Part shown: positions 14,110 to 27,655 of the stretch, piece by piece | Numbering within the stretch: the stretch's first letter is position 1 | Layout: each line of letters begins with the position of its first letter | Assembly: GCF_031769215.1 (NCBI RefSeq) | Contig: NW_026782025.1 | Coordinates: forward strand, 124,001-188,000 | DNA length: 64,000 nt | Origin: Ylistrum balloti | Lineage: Eukaryota | Direction: 5' to 3' | Notes under the pieces: model-generated | The model's database searches: none | Told to the model about the DNA's origin: nothing | The model's input: the letters and a program-made list of their open reading frames with translations, nothing else | Translations under genes and position numbers: made by a program

Positions 14110-14770
14110 AAAGGAAAACGGATACACGGTGAAGACCTCGACTTTTCAATAAGATGCTTAACAACTTCACGTACAACTTCCTAAACCGTTATTACCAACT
14201 CTTATTGGTGAAAACAATAGATATGCTTGGTGTAATAACAACTTCGGCATTCCTCAATCGAGACTCTCCCTAACCCGATCGTCTTTTATACTTATCACTC
14301 TTCAGAATACTTTAAATGATGTGGTTCGTTCACTACCTCTATTCGATTTGTACCGTCTCCCCTGTCTGTCTATTAAAGTGTCGATGATCAGAAATGGGAT
14401 GTTTTACACGCACGACTTAGACACAATTGTAGTTCTTTTGATCATATTTTTACAGTAAACCTTGTAGATAATACTTCATGTACTTGTGGTGCTCCTTGTG
14501 AAAAGTCTTTCGCTATTTCAGAGTATCATCTTCATACTATTTTAATCTAAAATTTCACTAGTTAGAATGTTTCATTCAATAAGTATACAATTTTTTCAGA
14601 AATTATTGTAGATAATTTGCATGTATGCGTGTTTCCTTGAAAGTACTTTACCGCCTAATTAAATGTATATTGAGAGAAGGCGTGAGTAAGTTGTAATAAC
14701 GTGTGCCTCACCCTTGCTCAAATGTTGACGATAAATGTCCAAATAAAATAAAATCAAAATCAACCATCAA
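14110..14770 (+). mobile_element. Older, heavily truncated copy of the same LINE family
   Basis: Degenerate translations LLPTLIGENNRY...RLSLTRSSFI, VLHARLRHNCSS and VNLVDNTSCTCGAPCE align with ILPPIVADNNRY...LSLTNLSFI, IIHTKLRHSCSS and VNLAENPVCSCGHPCE of the upstream copy. Tail AGTAAGTTGTAATAACGTGTGCC...AAATAAAATAAAATCAAAATCAA. Confidence 0.8.
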
Positions 14771-15589
14771 TCTATAGTCGGTATTTTGGTAAAGAATAGG
14801 TCTGTGCATCACGAAGACTATGCTGCGAGTTTTCTTATTCTAAAGAAGATAATAATGAGATCATGTGATAAGCTTAGAGTTTATTCTCTATTTTGTAGAA
14901 TTGCTGTAGATTTCTTCACTAATGTCGTTCTGATAACTTCTAAATCGCTTTTAAAATTAAGATTTTTTTACTGGTATAAACGATAGTAAACCAGTGACTA
15001 ATTTTTTCTCAGTTTGTTTGCGATTAATTGCATGCAGGACAGAAAGTTAGGTATACCAGCACCAAGGTATCTCATTAAAAAAACGAAATAATTGTCTTTG
15101 CTTTGTCATTGTTAATATTTGTTGGACGATGTTTATCAGAACTAGTTTTCATAGTTTTACAAAAGATATATAAGCACAGAATCAAAACATTTCCATTTGC
15201 GTTTGTACGTTCTCGATATAACAATGATTATCTGAAAACTAACCTTTTTGTCTAAATTCTGATCCAGAAATGTTTTTCTTGTTACAGTTACGTCCCCTGA
15301 TCTTGTTATAGAGGCCGCTACCAATTCAGGCAAATATCAATTCCGACACCCCCCTCTAGGGCCATCGAACTTCCCTGCTCAAGAAGGACGAAAATAAGGA
15401 ATTTCTGCGCATACATTACACCAATTTCGACAACTTTGCAGCCTTACTACGCTGTCTTATCGGTGAGATTAGAACTTAATGATCTCATATAATATTATTC
15501 ATTTATTTATCTTCAATCTTGCAAAGTTTTGTTTGATATTTATACGTGAATACACGTGAAATACTGCTCCAAACGAAGTTACCGTATCG

Positions 15590-16042
15590 GTTTAATATGA
15601 GCAAGGCGCAGACGCAATGGCGACTTCCCCGTTGCCACTAAACTTTGAGTATGAATAAAATTTCTCTGAGGCCAGCACCGGTGCAATCCTGTATGATCTT
15701 TCACATGAGATAATATGTTAATATGTTCACTTGATTCGTTAGATATCATGGACATCGCAATTTCTTGGTCATGACCGTCGTAATTTTCGCAATCTCCAGG
15801 TCGCCGTGATCTGTTTACTATTCGGTGCAGCCAGGGGGAAGTGCGCGTAAACTAAGCGCAGTCGCAATGATTCAGCACCTGTCTTTTTACCTTGCGCACG
15901 CATGTGAACGTCCTCCGATAAAACAAGCACTTGCAGACGACAAGTTGCGCTTTCTGATGGCATGTTAGCCTTTATTGAACAAATAAACTTAGCACAGTAC
16001 TGTTAAACCATAGTATCTTTGGTGCATAAACTCATCGTAAGT
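15590..16042 (+). promoter_or_regulatory. Putative NRF1 promoter and non-coding first exon
   Basis: CpG-rich stretch immediately before a CpG-poor gene body. A perfect donor ATC|GTAAGT sits at 16036/16037, upstream of the acceptor TTCAG| at 16421. GCGCA-containing motifs at 15606, 15856 and 15893. YY1-core-like AATGGCG at 15616. Confidence 0.55.
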
Positions 16043-16470
16043 GCGACTCGGTGTTACATGGTCATAGTTCCTGTCTATAAGAGTAGTAAATATTGAAAAT
16101 GTCCCTTTTCAAGAAATTTAGAAAAATGACTTTTATAATTAACTTGAAACTCTTAACTTGGTCAAAATATGTCAATGATTTTTTTAACCTGTTTACAGGT
16201 TCTGCATATAGGCTTATGAAATGAGTGCTGTTTACTATATTGTAGATTGTCATTTGAGATGAAAACATAATATTAACTACTATAGCATAATATAGGTACA
16301 GTATACTTTGATAACTCACAAGTATCTTAGTTTTTGGTTGATTTAGTAATAATTTGTACATTTTGTGATAGAAAATTATGCTTTTCATATACATACAAAT
16401 TTTCCATTTTCTTCTCTTCAGAAATTATATGAATCTCTTGTACCTCTGGTATATAATGTGAGAATTGTGA

Positions 16471-19400
16471 ATGATGATGAACTCCACCCTGGCCTCTTCA
16501 GTGGCCAGTGCAATGTCTGGAGCTGGAACATTGACCATCAATACCACACCAATGAGCACAGGAATGCTTAGTGACGGCATGAGTGAGCCAAGCTCACCTG
16601 AAAGCTCATTTGATGCCTCAGATCTTTTGTCAACTGGAATGTCAGATGAAATCACTGTTCAACTTGCTGCATCTGGTAAGTAAAATATAATAGGGCCTAA
16701 TTGATTTTCATAGGCAAGATAAAAAAAAACTAGATACAGGAAACTAGATACAGAAAACTAGAATATAAACATTAAAGCAATAAATATAACATACCAAAAG
16801 TACAATAGCAATGCAGCATATATATCAGATATCATATTTTATGATTGATGACCAGTAATTTGGAGTAGAAGAATGTCATTCATTTCAGTATTTTGAGTCT
16901 GAAATGCTTGGTATTTTCAAGACATGTATCATCCATTTACTGTTAAGGTTTGATGTTTTTAAAGGAACGGTTGGAATGGCAGCAGCTGCTGCAATTGCTA
17001 GTGGTATAAGAAGGAAAGCAAAAAGGCCACATACTTTCGAAACAAATCCTTCCATCAGAAAACGCCAACAGACAAGACTTCTTCGGTTAGTTTCTTTGTG
17101 TATTGAATTTCAAATGGGAATTTCATAATAAGTTCCTTGAAGCATGCTACTGTTTTGTTGTGGAATACAGTAGGTATGGTGATCACATTTTCTGTAGAAA
17201 AATATTTTAATGAGCAGAATATTATGAGAATCTGTATATAACTAGCAAGCTGTAATAAGAAATGTATTGATTGGCACCGACTCTGTAGGTTATAGACTTA
17301 AATCAGTCCCCCCGACCCCCCCCCCCCCCCCCCCCCCTTTTTTTATTTAGATAATTTTATAATCAGAAAATACAGAATTGTATTAATTCACATAAAAAAT
17401 AATTTTTTCATGAAGTGTTAAAGACTTGGCATTTCTTGTTAAATTTGAAAATCGTACATTATCTCAAATCTTGCATACTCAATAAAAGCATCAATGAAGA
17501 TCAGAGTGAAATGACAGATAAAATATATTTAGTAAAATGGTATTTGGCTTTCAGGAAATTGAAGCGGACTATCGAGGAATACACAACACGTGTTGGCCAA
17601 CAGGCAGTGGTATTATGTTGTACTCCAGGCAAATCTTCTCAAAACAATTACAAGGTTTTTGGATCTCAGCCCCTAGAGAATGTGGTAAGTATGATGTACT
17701 ACTGAAATGATAATATCTTTTATGCCATCAACCCTCAAGAGAATCTCAAAGGATAGCACAGCCAATGACAATATTAGATCTGTTTTCTAGTCACCTGATA
17801 CTAACAAGTATTTGTGGAAAAATTTCAACAGAATTTGCTAATTTTGAAAGAACAAGTTACTATGCTAGTAGCAAGGGATGTTATCCATTTATGGGCCACG
17901 ACAAAAAACAATTTTTTGTAAATCTTTTCTATTGTATACTAAGCATTTACACTGCTTTAGATCCTTTTTGACAGTTAATCATTCAGTTTCCAAGCAAATT
18001 TCAGACAAGTATTGCTAAAGAATTTTTGAGATATCAATAAAAGTTAAGGCTTATCATCATTATTTTACATAATTACTTTTACATCAACTTATGAAAACAA
18101 TACATTCTGATAATGTTCGTCTTCGTAGGTGAGAAGCTGTAAAGGTGTGGTGTTGCAAGATTTAGAATCTACTTTATCAGAGCTACCTTCAAATCAAACA
18201 GAGACAAGTGGTCTGCATGAGTTGCCTCCCCTGTCAATAGATGGAATACCTACCTCAGTTGATCAAATGACACAGGTGGTGTATATGCTGAAGTTCTTCA
18301 ATATATAATATCATAACACATTGAAGGTGGCTGATCTGGTAGTTAGTTATCCTTGTTAGCTTGTCAACTTTACCAAAACCTGATCATGACACAATCACAA
18401 AAATCATGGAAGTACACCCTTGAGAAAGTCCATAACTCTAAAATATGCAACAGCTTTGCATTTGTTCAGGCTAGGAGAATTCATTATTGCATCACTTGTA
18501 TATGTTTCCTATTTTCTTATAGAATGAAAATGCATGGTTATACCAGTTCTATTCCTTATTTAACATTTTCTGTGTCGTTAGGCCCAACTACGGACATTTA
18601 TACCAGAGATGCTGAAATACTCAACGGGACGCAGTAAACCTGGATGGGGCAAGATGGAATGTATACCTGCATGGTGGCCTAAAGATATACCCTGGGCTAA
18701 TGTCCGTAGTGATGTCCGGTCTATGGAGGAAAAGAAGAGGGTAATTGTTGGCTATATTAAGTTATGAAAGTACAGGAAAACATCTATGATTCAAATTTCT
18801 CAATGTAACAAAGTTTTTGTCCGGTCCCAAGTTTTATTCCTTTATATTACTTCTAACTTACCCCCTTATGAATCAAAGTTTTATAAATTGAACTTTTTGA
18901 TGTATCAAACTTTTCGATGTATCAAAGTTTTTAACAGACCGTAACAGTCTTCGCAAAAGGGATGAAAAATTGGCAGTCATCCAGAATGGTGAAAATATTT
19001 TTCTGCCAGATTCGAAAAAAAATCTGCCAGATCGAAAAAGAAACCTCAATATTCTCCAAAAAAACAAGTATAATTAACTGTATTTATGCAACACAATCAC
19101 ACAAAGACACATTTCTGCTTGCATAGTGATATTGCATATTTCAGTAGATCCCTATTTCCTGAGACATTTCTTTCAATGGACCTTGTGCACATGAAAACTT
19201 GAAAATATGAATATATTTTGATGAAACCTCAGGTCTTCCAACTTTCTTGAAACGAGCGTGGTAGTCTTTTAGATTCATATTCTTTGACCTTTTGTTTTTT
19301 TTTCACTTCCTGTTTGTTTTCATTTCTGGCCAGGTTTTGCATCTTCATAATACCTTAGAAACGACATAATACTTGTAATGACAGAATGTTAATACATTAC

Positions 19401-22400
19401 ATGATGTTCAAAAGCGAAAATGTATTGAAAATGTTTCTAATAATCAAAATTTTCTTGTTGTTTTCGTCCGGGAATTTTGCTGACAGCATTTACAAATCTG
19501 CAATGATACAAGCTAATTGATTGGATAGGTTGGCTTTGCTTAACCAATCAGAAACATTGATACATTACAAGGTTATTATACTGGAAACTCAGCCCTTTAA
19601 CATTTATGTGTCAGTCTTAAGATAATTTCTGTATCATGTGAAGACCACTTTAATGCTGCCCATTATTTCATTTAAAGGATCAATTTCTCGTTGATCTCTA
19701 TTTAAAGGTTTTTTTTTCAAGAACGTTTGAAGATAAAAATGCATCTTTTCATTTAAACTTATGTTTTGGTATTGTTGTGTTTTTTCAGGTAGAAATATTG
19801 TGTCATCAACTTTATATAGTCATGAACATGAAAATGTTGATATAACCCACCAAGCATTATTCAAAGTCTTGATGTATCGAATAGTCAATAATAAATCAAT
19901 AATTTGGTAGTCCCTTGAACTTTGAAATATCAAAGTTTGACTGTACTTTTAAAGAATGTTGTAAGTCTTCTTTAGAATCAAAAGGCTTGTACATAAGATA
20001 TTTCAAGAATTTACGCCATGGTAAATAAAAAAAAATTATTAGAGATTAGATCTTAATGGTGTTCATTTATAGTTAAATGGACAACAATCACACTTTACCA
20101 TTTTGCAAATAAAAAGTTTGTGAACTGTTTAGCAGATCTCATGAAACTTCTAAACAGACTTAGTTCATATTCAAACTCTGGTGCTGGAACTTAACCAAGT
20201 TCAGTTTTCATATCTTGATATCCTGAAAAAATTCCAAAAAATAATTGCTTTCATTTTTGTTCCTAATGATCTATGACTGTTTTGTATTGTCTAGGTTTCA
20301 TGGACAGAAGCCCTGAAGACAATGGTGAAGAACTGTTACATGCACCATGGAAGAGATGATCTACTAAACTTCTTCAATGGTGACCAGGAGCAAAATCAGC
20401 CAGCTTCCCAGACAATGCTACAGACCATCAATAATCCAGATGGAACTGTTTCTATCATACAAATAGAAACTGGTCCAAACCAGGTGGTGACCCTCCCAGA
20501 TGGCACTCAGGCCACTGTAGTAAACACAGTTAACTCGGTGAGTCAATCTTCAGAAAATAAAGGGTCATTTTTAGTTTGTTTTTACATACATGTACAAATT
20601 CCAGAAACAAATGCCAATTATGCAGCATGTTTTGCTGAACTCAGGCAGAGGGGTCATTTCTGGTTTCCATATGAGGGATTTGTTAGACATTGTGCTTCTC
20701 TGTTTCTCGGATACTACAAATCCCACATCAGTCCATAAAACTATGCTGATCCAATAGTGTAACACTTTCTTTTGCAAGTCAATGAATCATCTTGTCGCTT
20801 CACTTGGTAATGTGATTCTATTTCCATGAAAGCAATACAAAAAGTGATATAACTATCCTAACATTATCTATTGATTACTTTGTCATCAGACATCCCAAGT
20901 CCCGCAGGAGGCCACACATGCCGTCCAGACACTTGCTGATGTGGTGGCCAATAGGCAGGAGATGCAACTTGGTACCATGAATCCAGTACAGGTGGAGATG
21001 AATGTGGAATCAGTGGGGCATGGAATGGCAACCATTTCAGATGATGGCCACATAATACTGACAGGAGATGGAAATCTAACAGGTACAGATATTGTAAAGT
21101 TCCATAGGCCTCGAAGGTCGTCCTAAATATGTGTGATTTACGGTCACAAAGTCAGATGTTTAACTTATTTCAGTGATTAACTTACATGTCCCTTTTGTTA
21201 AATGGGATACATGTAATGTAACCCATGTTGGTCCATCCTGTCATGTCCCATCACATCTTGTCCTGTTCAGAATTCGTGTCATATCCTGAAAACTTCTCGA
21301 CAGATCGGATTCAGATCGACCTCATAGTACAGTTGTGGAATAGCACAACATTACATGATATGCGATGTGCACATGTCGTCTGCAGGATGTGGGCACGATT
21401 GGAAAACCGGGCAAAATAACTATTGCATATATGTTCACATGTTGTTCAGTCCTATCGCACAGATGTGCGATTCTATCATGGCTGATATAGATTTAGAAAT
21501 GACTAATAGATAAAAGTGAATTAGGGTTTATTTTCTTAATATATGATAGTACAACCAAGTATATTACCTTATTAAGCTATAAATGTATAGGTTGGACATA
21601 TGTAGATATATTAGATACAGTCTGAATAGTTTTATACCCTTGTAATTTAAAGTGTTTTGCTTATAAAGTGCCACACATGACCAGTCTTAGTGTACGGACG
21701 CTCATTTCATATGTAAACAATAAATGGATGCCTGTTTTTCATCTTGATAATGAATCATCTAAAATCTTATACAGTCAGAAAGATAATTTTATTTCCACTA
21801 CTTCTGTATTACTCTCATTTTTCAATCATTTTGCAAACAATATAATTCATGGGAGACCTAGCCAGTACAGATCTGGACCTGTCACATATATTTCCATATA
21901 CAGGTAATTTTTGTTGCCCAAAGTACACCACTCGGCACTCTTTGAGGTGACACAATACGATAGAAGACTAATAAATGCAAGGTCCATTTTTCTTTCAAAT
22001 TAAAGATGACTTCTATAATAACTGATCAATTTTGATACTCTTGTGATGGCTATTTAGGCATAACTACATGAGTTTTCCGTTCAATTTTAAATGTAAAATA
22101 TTTGTGTACCTTTTTTATCAAACCGTACAAAATGTGCAACGATACAGATATACTAGATACAGTATAGTGCGTGTGTGAGCAAAATATGCATTGTGAGCTA
22201 CCACAACTTTTTTACATTAAGTAATACCACTGATCAGATCCTGGTTTACATAGTATTGGGGACATTCATATTTCATTTATATTTCCTTCCTGTTTTTGGT
22301 ATCTTTGTCATATTTGTGTATAAATTATAATGAGGTTTACCTTGAATGAATATGTCACACATTTGTGATTAGATGTAGCTTGAGCCAACAACCACATTGA

Positions 22401-22776
22401 TACAGCTGTCACCAAAAGAAGGACTGAAACTAAATATTATGAAAACAAATATTGTTCGGAGTTTTAGATATTGCAACCATTTTAGTGTTCACTGATTAGA
22501 ATTCTCCTGTGATGGTAAACTGACCATGTATTCTTACTCTTTCAAGGTTTAATGACAATACCAGCCATACCTGTGTCCATGTACCAGCAAATGGGGTCAA
22601 CAGTTACCTCCCTTGCCCAGTTACAACAGCATGGCAATATACACGTGATTGCAAAACAGGAACCTGAGGGACTTGGCAGTGTAGGACAGGAAACAATGTC
22701 AGACCAGTGTGTACAGGAAGTCATTCATGTCCTGCCAAACTCTATTGATAAAGATGACAAACTGACACAATCCTGA
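16471..22776 (+). CDS. NRF1: Nuclear respiratory factor 1 (NRF1/erect wing/P3A2 family) transcription factor, 475 aa
   Basis: join(16471-16675,16965-17085,17555-17684,18129-18275,18582-18740,20295-20537,20890-21082,22547-22776) = 1428 nt, all GT-AG and phase-consistent. Diagnostic peptides: KRPHTFETNPSIRKRQQTRLLRKL, YTTRVGQQAVVL, LPPLSIDGIPTSVDQMTQAQLRTFIPEMLKYSTGRSKPGWGK, WWPKDIPWANVRSDVR, VSWTEAL and IPVSMYQ. Confidence 0.97.
17308..17337. repeat. Poly-C tract in NRF1 intron
   Basis: C6-GA-C22 directly visible. Confidence 0.9.
19880..19945. mobile_element. Possible pogo/Tigger-like MITE terminus in NRF1 intron
   Basis: Ends TTGAACTTTGAAATATCAAAGTTTGACTGTA (reverse complement TACAGTCAAAC...), the typical TA-flanked CAGTCAAAC terminal repeat. 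A convincing partner TIR was not found; a weak candidate lies near 18770. Confidence 0.25.
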
Positions 22777-25555
22777 CAACACTCACCAATGAAAATATTT
22801 CATTGCAATATTTATTATTTCTGTTATTGTTGAAATGTCAAATGCTGTATATTAGATTTCAGTTTAAATATTATCATGAATGTGTGAAGCCTTCAGCTCT
22901 ACCAATTGTAAGAACAATGAGGAAAATTGTCTTCTGACTCTTGCAGCTACTTAAAATGTTTTTTAAACTACAAAGGTATTCATTCTCAAACTAGCATTTC
23001 ATATAAATTGTTTGAGAATAAATTTCAACTACCATATTACAGCCTATAAGCTACAACTGTGACTGCTACTCAACAAGCACAGTGTACCAACTTATGAAAT
23101 TCAAAAGATTTTGAGAAATAGAAGTATTGGTGTACAGGCTGTTTGTATATCAAAATTTTATAATTTTATGATTTTTGGTTTTAATTGTATATGAGGTTAT
23201 AATGACTTTTTAGATCATCTGAGACAATGGTGGAACCATTGTTGAATCAATATAACTTTAAACTGAGTGAATTTCTTACATAGGGCTCTCACAATTTCCC
23301 CAAGGGAAGAGATAATATTTTGAGTTTATGAAGGTAGATTTTGATAAGAAAGTAAAACTTAGTTATAATATGGGATGGCTGTTATTTTTTCCATTCAAAC
23401 TTAATCCTGAATAGCTCCTAGGGACTGAAATAGTGGGGCCAATGGGGTCAGAAAACTAAAAAAATTCTGCTTCATACACCAAAATGCTCTTCGTATATTA
23501 TCATAATGGATGGGTTTTTTTAAAAGCCATTGTTTTCTAAAATAAATTCATGAGGTAAGTCTTGTTTCCTTTAAGAAGGGTACATTTTATTATACTTAAA
23601 GCATGTACAAGCCATAAGATTTAACACTTTTGGTTCTTTATATTTCATTTACTTTGAATTGAAGTAATTCAGAGTTATCAGCACATTGTACTAATTCTTT
23701 TACCATGTACATGTCCCACCTCATCCTAAAGACGATTGAAAGAGGTTGAAATATCTAAAACCTGAAAGTTTTCTTCAATCCCATGGTTACTGGAATCAGT
23801 TCCTTTTCATCTCTTAATCATAATACCAGATATTTGGTAGGACAGTATAATTGTTTTTGAAAGAATCTAGCTAAACGATGATATTAATATAGCTTGGCTC
23901 GGATTTGTCTCTCATTGTAAAAGAATTTATAATTGCCTTGCATTTGTCACTACAAAACAAGAGAAATAACAATGTTTAAAAAACTCAGGGGGCTGTTGAA
24001 GTCATTCTTTTTTTAAATTATTGGATTTATTGATGTAGAAAAAACCAGTCACAAGTGATTAAAGCTTGATGTGACTTAATTGAAACTCCTTGTGAGCATT
24101 TACTTACTGAGGATAATGTAAAATGTTATTTCTAAATCTTATAGTACTTTGAAGGTCATCAGTATTTTTTCACGGGTATATCTGTTGGATAATTTGTGTG
24201 GCAAGTGTGTTTAACAAATTATATTTTATTGACTTAACATTGTTCACCTACATGATTGTAACCATTCTGAGTTACTTCCCTTCATTTCACACTGTCAGAT
24301 GGTATAGGTGCAAGCTTGACTGCTGATAGGGGTCGAGAATAGATATTAAAATAATGGAAGTTTATATCATTTTAATAGATTCATTTATTTAAGAATTGGT
24401 GCACAGGAAAGTGTTGCTTAGAGTTTGCCTAATATATAATTAAAGAAAGTGTTTGGAAACTGAATACTTGCAATTTATTTTTGTGGCTTGCAAAAATTTG
24501 ATGAGGTAAAAAAAAATTTTTATCCAAAGTATGTTCTTGGTCTTATATGGAAACCAAAAGCTGAACAGGATGGTAGAATATTTTCTCGCAAGGTTATGGT
24601 GTTCAATAGCTTTTATAATCTATCGATTATTTTTTAATTTGATTTTTAGTCAATTTTTTTCTTGTCAAGCATGTTATTGGGCATTTTCAGACATCATGGG
24701 TCTTATTTCTGATATTTGATATATATTTACATGTGTAAGAGCAAACCAGTTGTTTATCTTTGAATTACAGGTAGCAATCTGTTATATTTAATGAACAATG
24801 AATCTCACTGTATTTTACTGTACAACAATAAAAAATTATTATTTTCAAATGGTATAACCAATTAAAACCTGATTGTAAACTAGCTTCCTTTTGTCTTGCC
24901 TGTAAACAGTTGTTTTGTAGAATTACATTAAGGATTATGACTACAGATGTATCAACTTTTAAGTTAAATCAGGCAAAATCAATCTCAACAGACTGGAAGC
25001 TGCTTCTCCAATATTTTATTAGGTATTCCGTTGGAACACAAGTGAACTTTTAAGTCAGTATTATGTAAATTTATATTAAATTTTCGGATTTTATTCCTCT
25101 CTTTCCATGGCCTTCATTTGTCTTGATAACATCAACAGTAAAAATCATTACGTGTAGTTGGTTTTCATCAAAAAAATTGTGAGAATGTATCTGTCAAATG
25201 AGTCAAAAGTTTTGTTTACACTGAAGGTTTTTGCATCATTGTTATTTTTCAAATTAAAATTTGTTCTTCACTACTTATATTTTATGTTGTTGTTTGTTTG
25301 AAGTAGGTATAACTCGCTCTTAAATGATTTTCTACCATGGTCACATTTTCACAACTTTTGTCTCTGTTAATCCCTAAATACAAGGACGGATATACATGTA
25401 AGCTGTCAACTATAAATATTCCTAAAATTACCCTGAATCCCTGAATTTTGTGCAACAAAATATCCTTAAGGAAGCCACACAAAGCATTGTTTCAATAATC
25501 TTAAGATCGATATTTATTTTAAAAGGCAAGTATTTCAATAAGTTACAGCAATAAA
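22777..25555 (+). other. Putative long NRF1 3' UTR
   Basis: The CpG-poor sequence continues after the stop codon. AATAAA at 24827-24832 and 25550-25555; CpG frequency rises after about 25560. Confidence 0.4.
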
Positions 25556-26507
25556 AACGCACTAAATGAGATTGCTAATTCTCGGAATTTGCCAGAAATG
25601 TAGAGTAGATGGTATGTATTTAACGTTACAAGCCGAATATATTTTGTAATTGGTGGCTTCCCACTTTACATATTACAGATCTGAATTTGGAATCGTATTA
25701 ACTGATTGTTTATTATTTTTTAGCTAACCTGCCCTAAGGGCAACTGATTTCGTGTTGTGGTGTGGCATTCTTCTTCCCCACCCCATATTCAAGGTCACAG
25801 GGGTAAAATTTGTCAAAACATTTAAACGGCTTCCCCTGAATAATAGAAACTTGTAGACGTGTATGCTATTTAGCGTTATGTCACTGATGTAAAGCAAAGC
25901 AATGTTATGAAAAGAAACTTCACAGCGATAATCTTTTAAGGATTTCTGGTGATAACCAAAAGGACTAACAGCTCGATATTGGGCTGGCAGACCATAAGCA
26001 TCGCGTAACATTAGTATATGCCTGCAAGTCATGAACACGGGGCTTAAGTAAACTCAAAATAATTCCAGTTGTTTGATTGTTAGAAACGTCAGCTGGTTAT
26101 ACCAGAGACATATATAACGTCTCTGGTTATACATTACATATTTCTGTCGTGTGTGCGGTTATAAAAGCATTGATTTCTCGGAGTCAAATATCTATCTATC
26201 TTTATAGATAGATGGATTTCTTTATTATCGTACGTGTGTGTATCTTAAGTGATGACATGATACAATCGTTTAATGATGCGAACGCAAACATATTTATTAT
26301 ATATAGAACGCATTTATTGCGGAAAAGTCAAACATTTAAAGTTCAAGTATAGACAAAAATACAATCATGAATATAGAATAGTGATTTATAGAAATAAGAA
26401 AATGTGACTTTCTACAGCAATAGCAATGCAAAGCTATCACAGTGAAAAGTTAATAACGAGAAAACGGTTCATCAGACCAGAGACGTATATGTACATTACA
26501 GCTTCTG

Positions 26508-26905
26508 CTTGAATGTTGGTCTCTAACTACGGCAATCAGTATCATATCACGGCAGAGTTGTTATTATTGATACAATGTATATACACACCAAATATATAGT
26601 ATAACTTGTGTTTGAATGTTGGTCTCTAACTACGGCAATCAGTATCATATCACGGCAGAGTTGTTATTATTGATACAATGTATATACACACCAAATATAT
26701 AGTATAACTTGTGTTTGAATGTTGGTCTCAAACTACGGCAATCAGTATCATATCACGGCAGAGTTGTTATTATTGATACAACGTATAAACACACCAAATA
26801 TATAGTATAACTTGTGTTTGAATGTTGGTCTCTAACTATGGCAAGCAGTATCATATCACGTCGGATTTGTTATTATTGATACAATGTATAAACACACCAA
26901 ATATA
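26508..26905. repeat. 103-bp tandem repeat, about 3.8 copies
   Basis: GAATGTTGGTCTC recurs at 26511, 26614, 26717 and 26820 (exact 103 spacing). Confidence 0.95.
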
Positions 26906-27655
26906 ATATCTATAGTGTAACCAACGGGAAACGTTATCACTAATCACACTTTTGAATTTACTGATACGATTTGATATTGATATAGCGATATAAAACAGAT
27001 ACAAACACAGGCAGAATTATCTATAGGAAACTAATTAATAACAGACTATTCACTGCGGTGATTGTGAAAAACGTCTGTAAGCATCTCAACTGTCTGATCG
27101 CCTGTTGATGTTCATTTGTAATCGGTATTCAGCAGAAGTGTGTAAACAGTAATTTTAACAAAATTACACTACCATTCATAATTCAATCGATTTGTTTTCG
27201 ACAGTTGGTATCAAAATTTATTTTTAGCACTTTATTACGATTTCTATTAATGCTGTTTTAATCCAAAGTTAATGCAATATGATGTACTACATTTATATGT
27301 TTCTTTTTTTTATTTATTTATGGTTTTTCATGGAGAATATTTATGTCAATGAGGGAACTTATAATTGATTCGTCTCTTCAGTGTAGTTAGAAAATACATT
27401 GTATTTATTTTCATAATTTTTATTACTTTTTTTTTTGTTGAGATCATCCCTTAACCATCCCCCGAACTTCAAGGAAACGGGGTATTTTTGAAAGTATCTA
27501 TAATTTTCACTGGCGATTTAAAAAAAAATTAAACGTCTTCATTTTACCATGTGTTTATCTATAAGTAATTATGCCTATATCACGTCTGGTCAAAACAAAG
27601 GACATAGCAATATAATGTGTGTATCAGTCACATATACTTGTCGTCATCACAGTTC

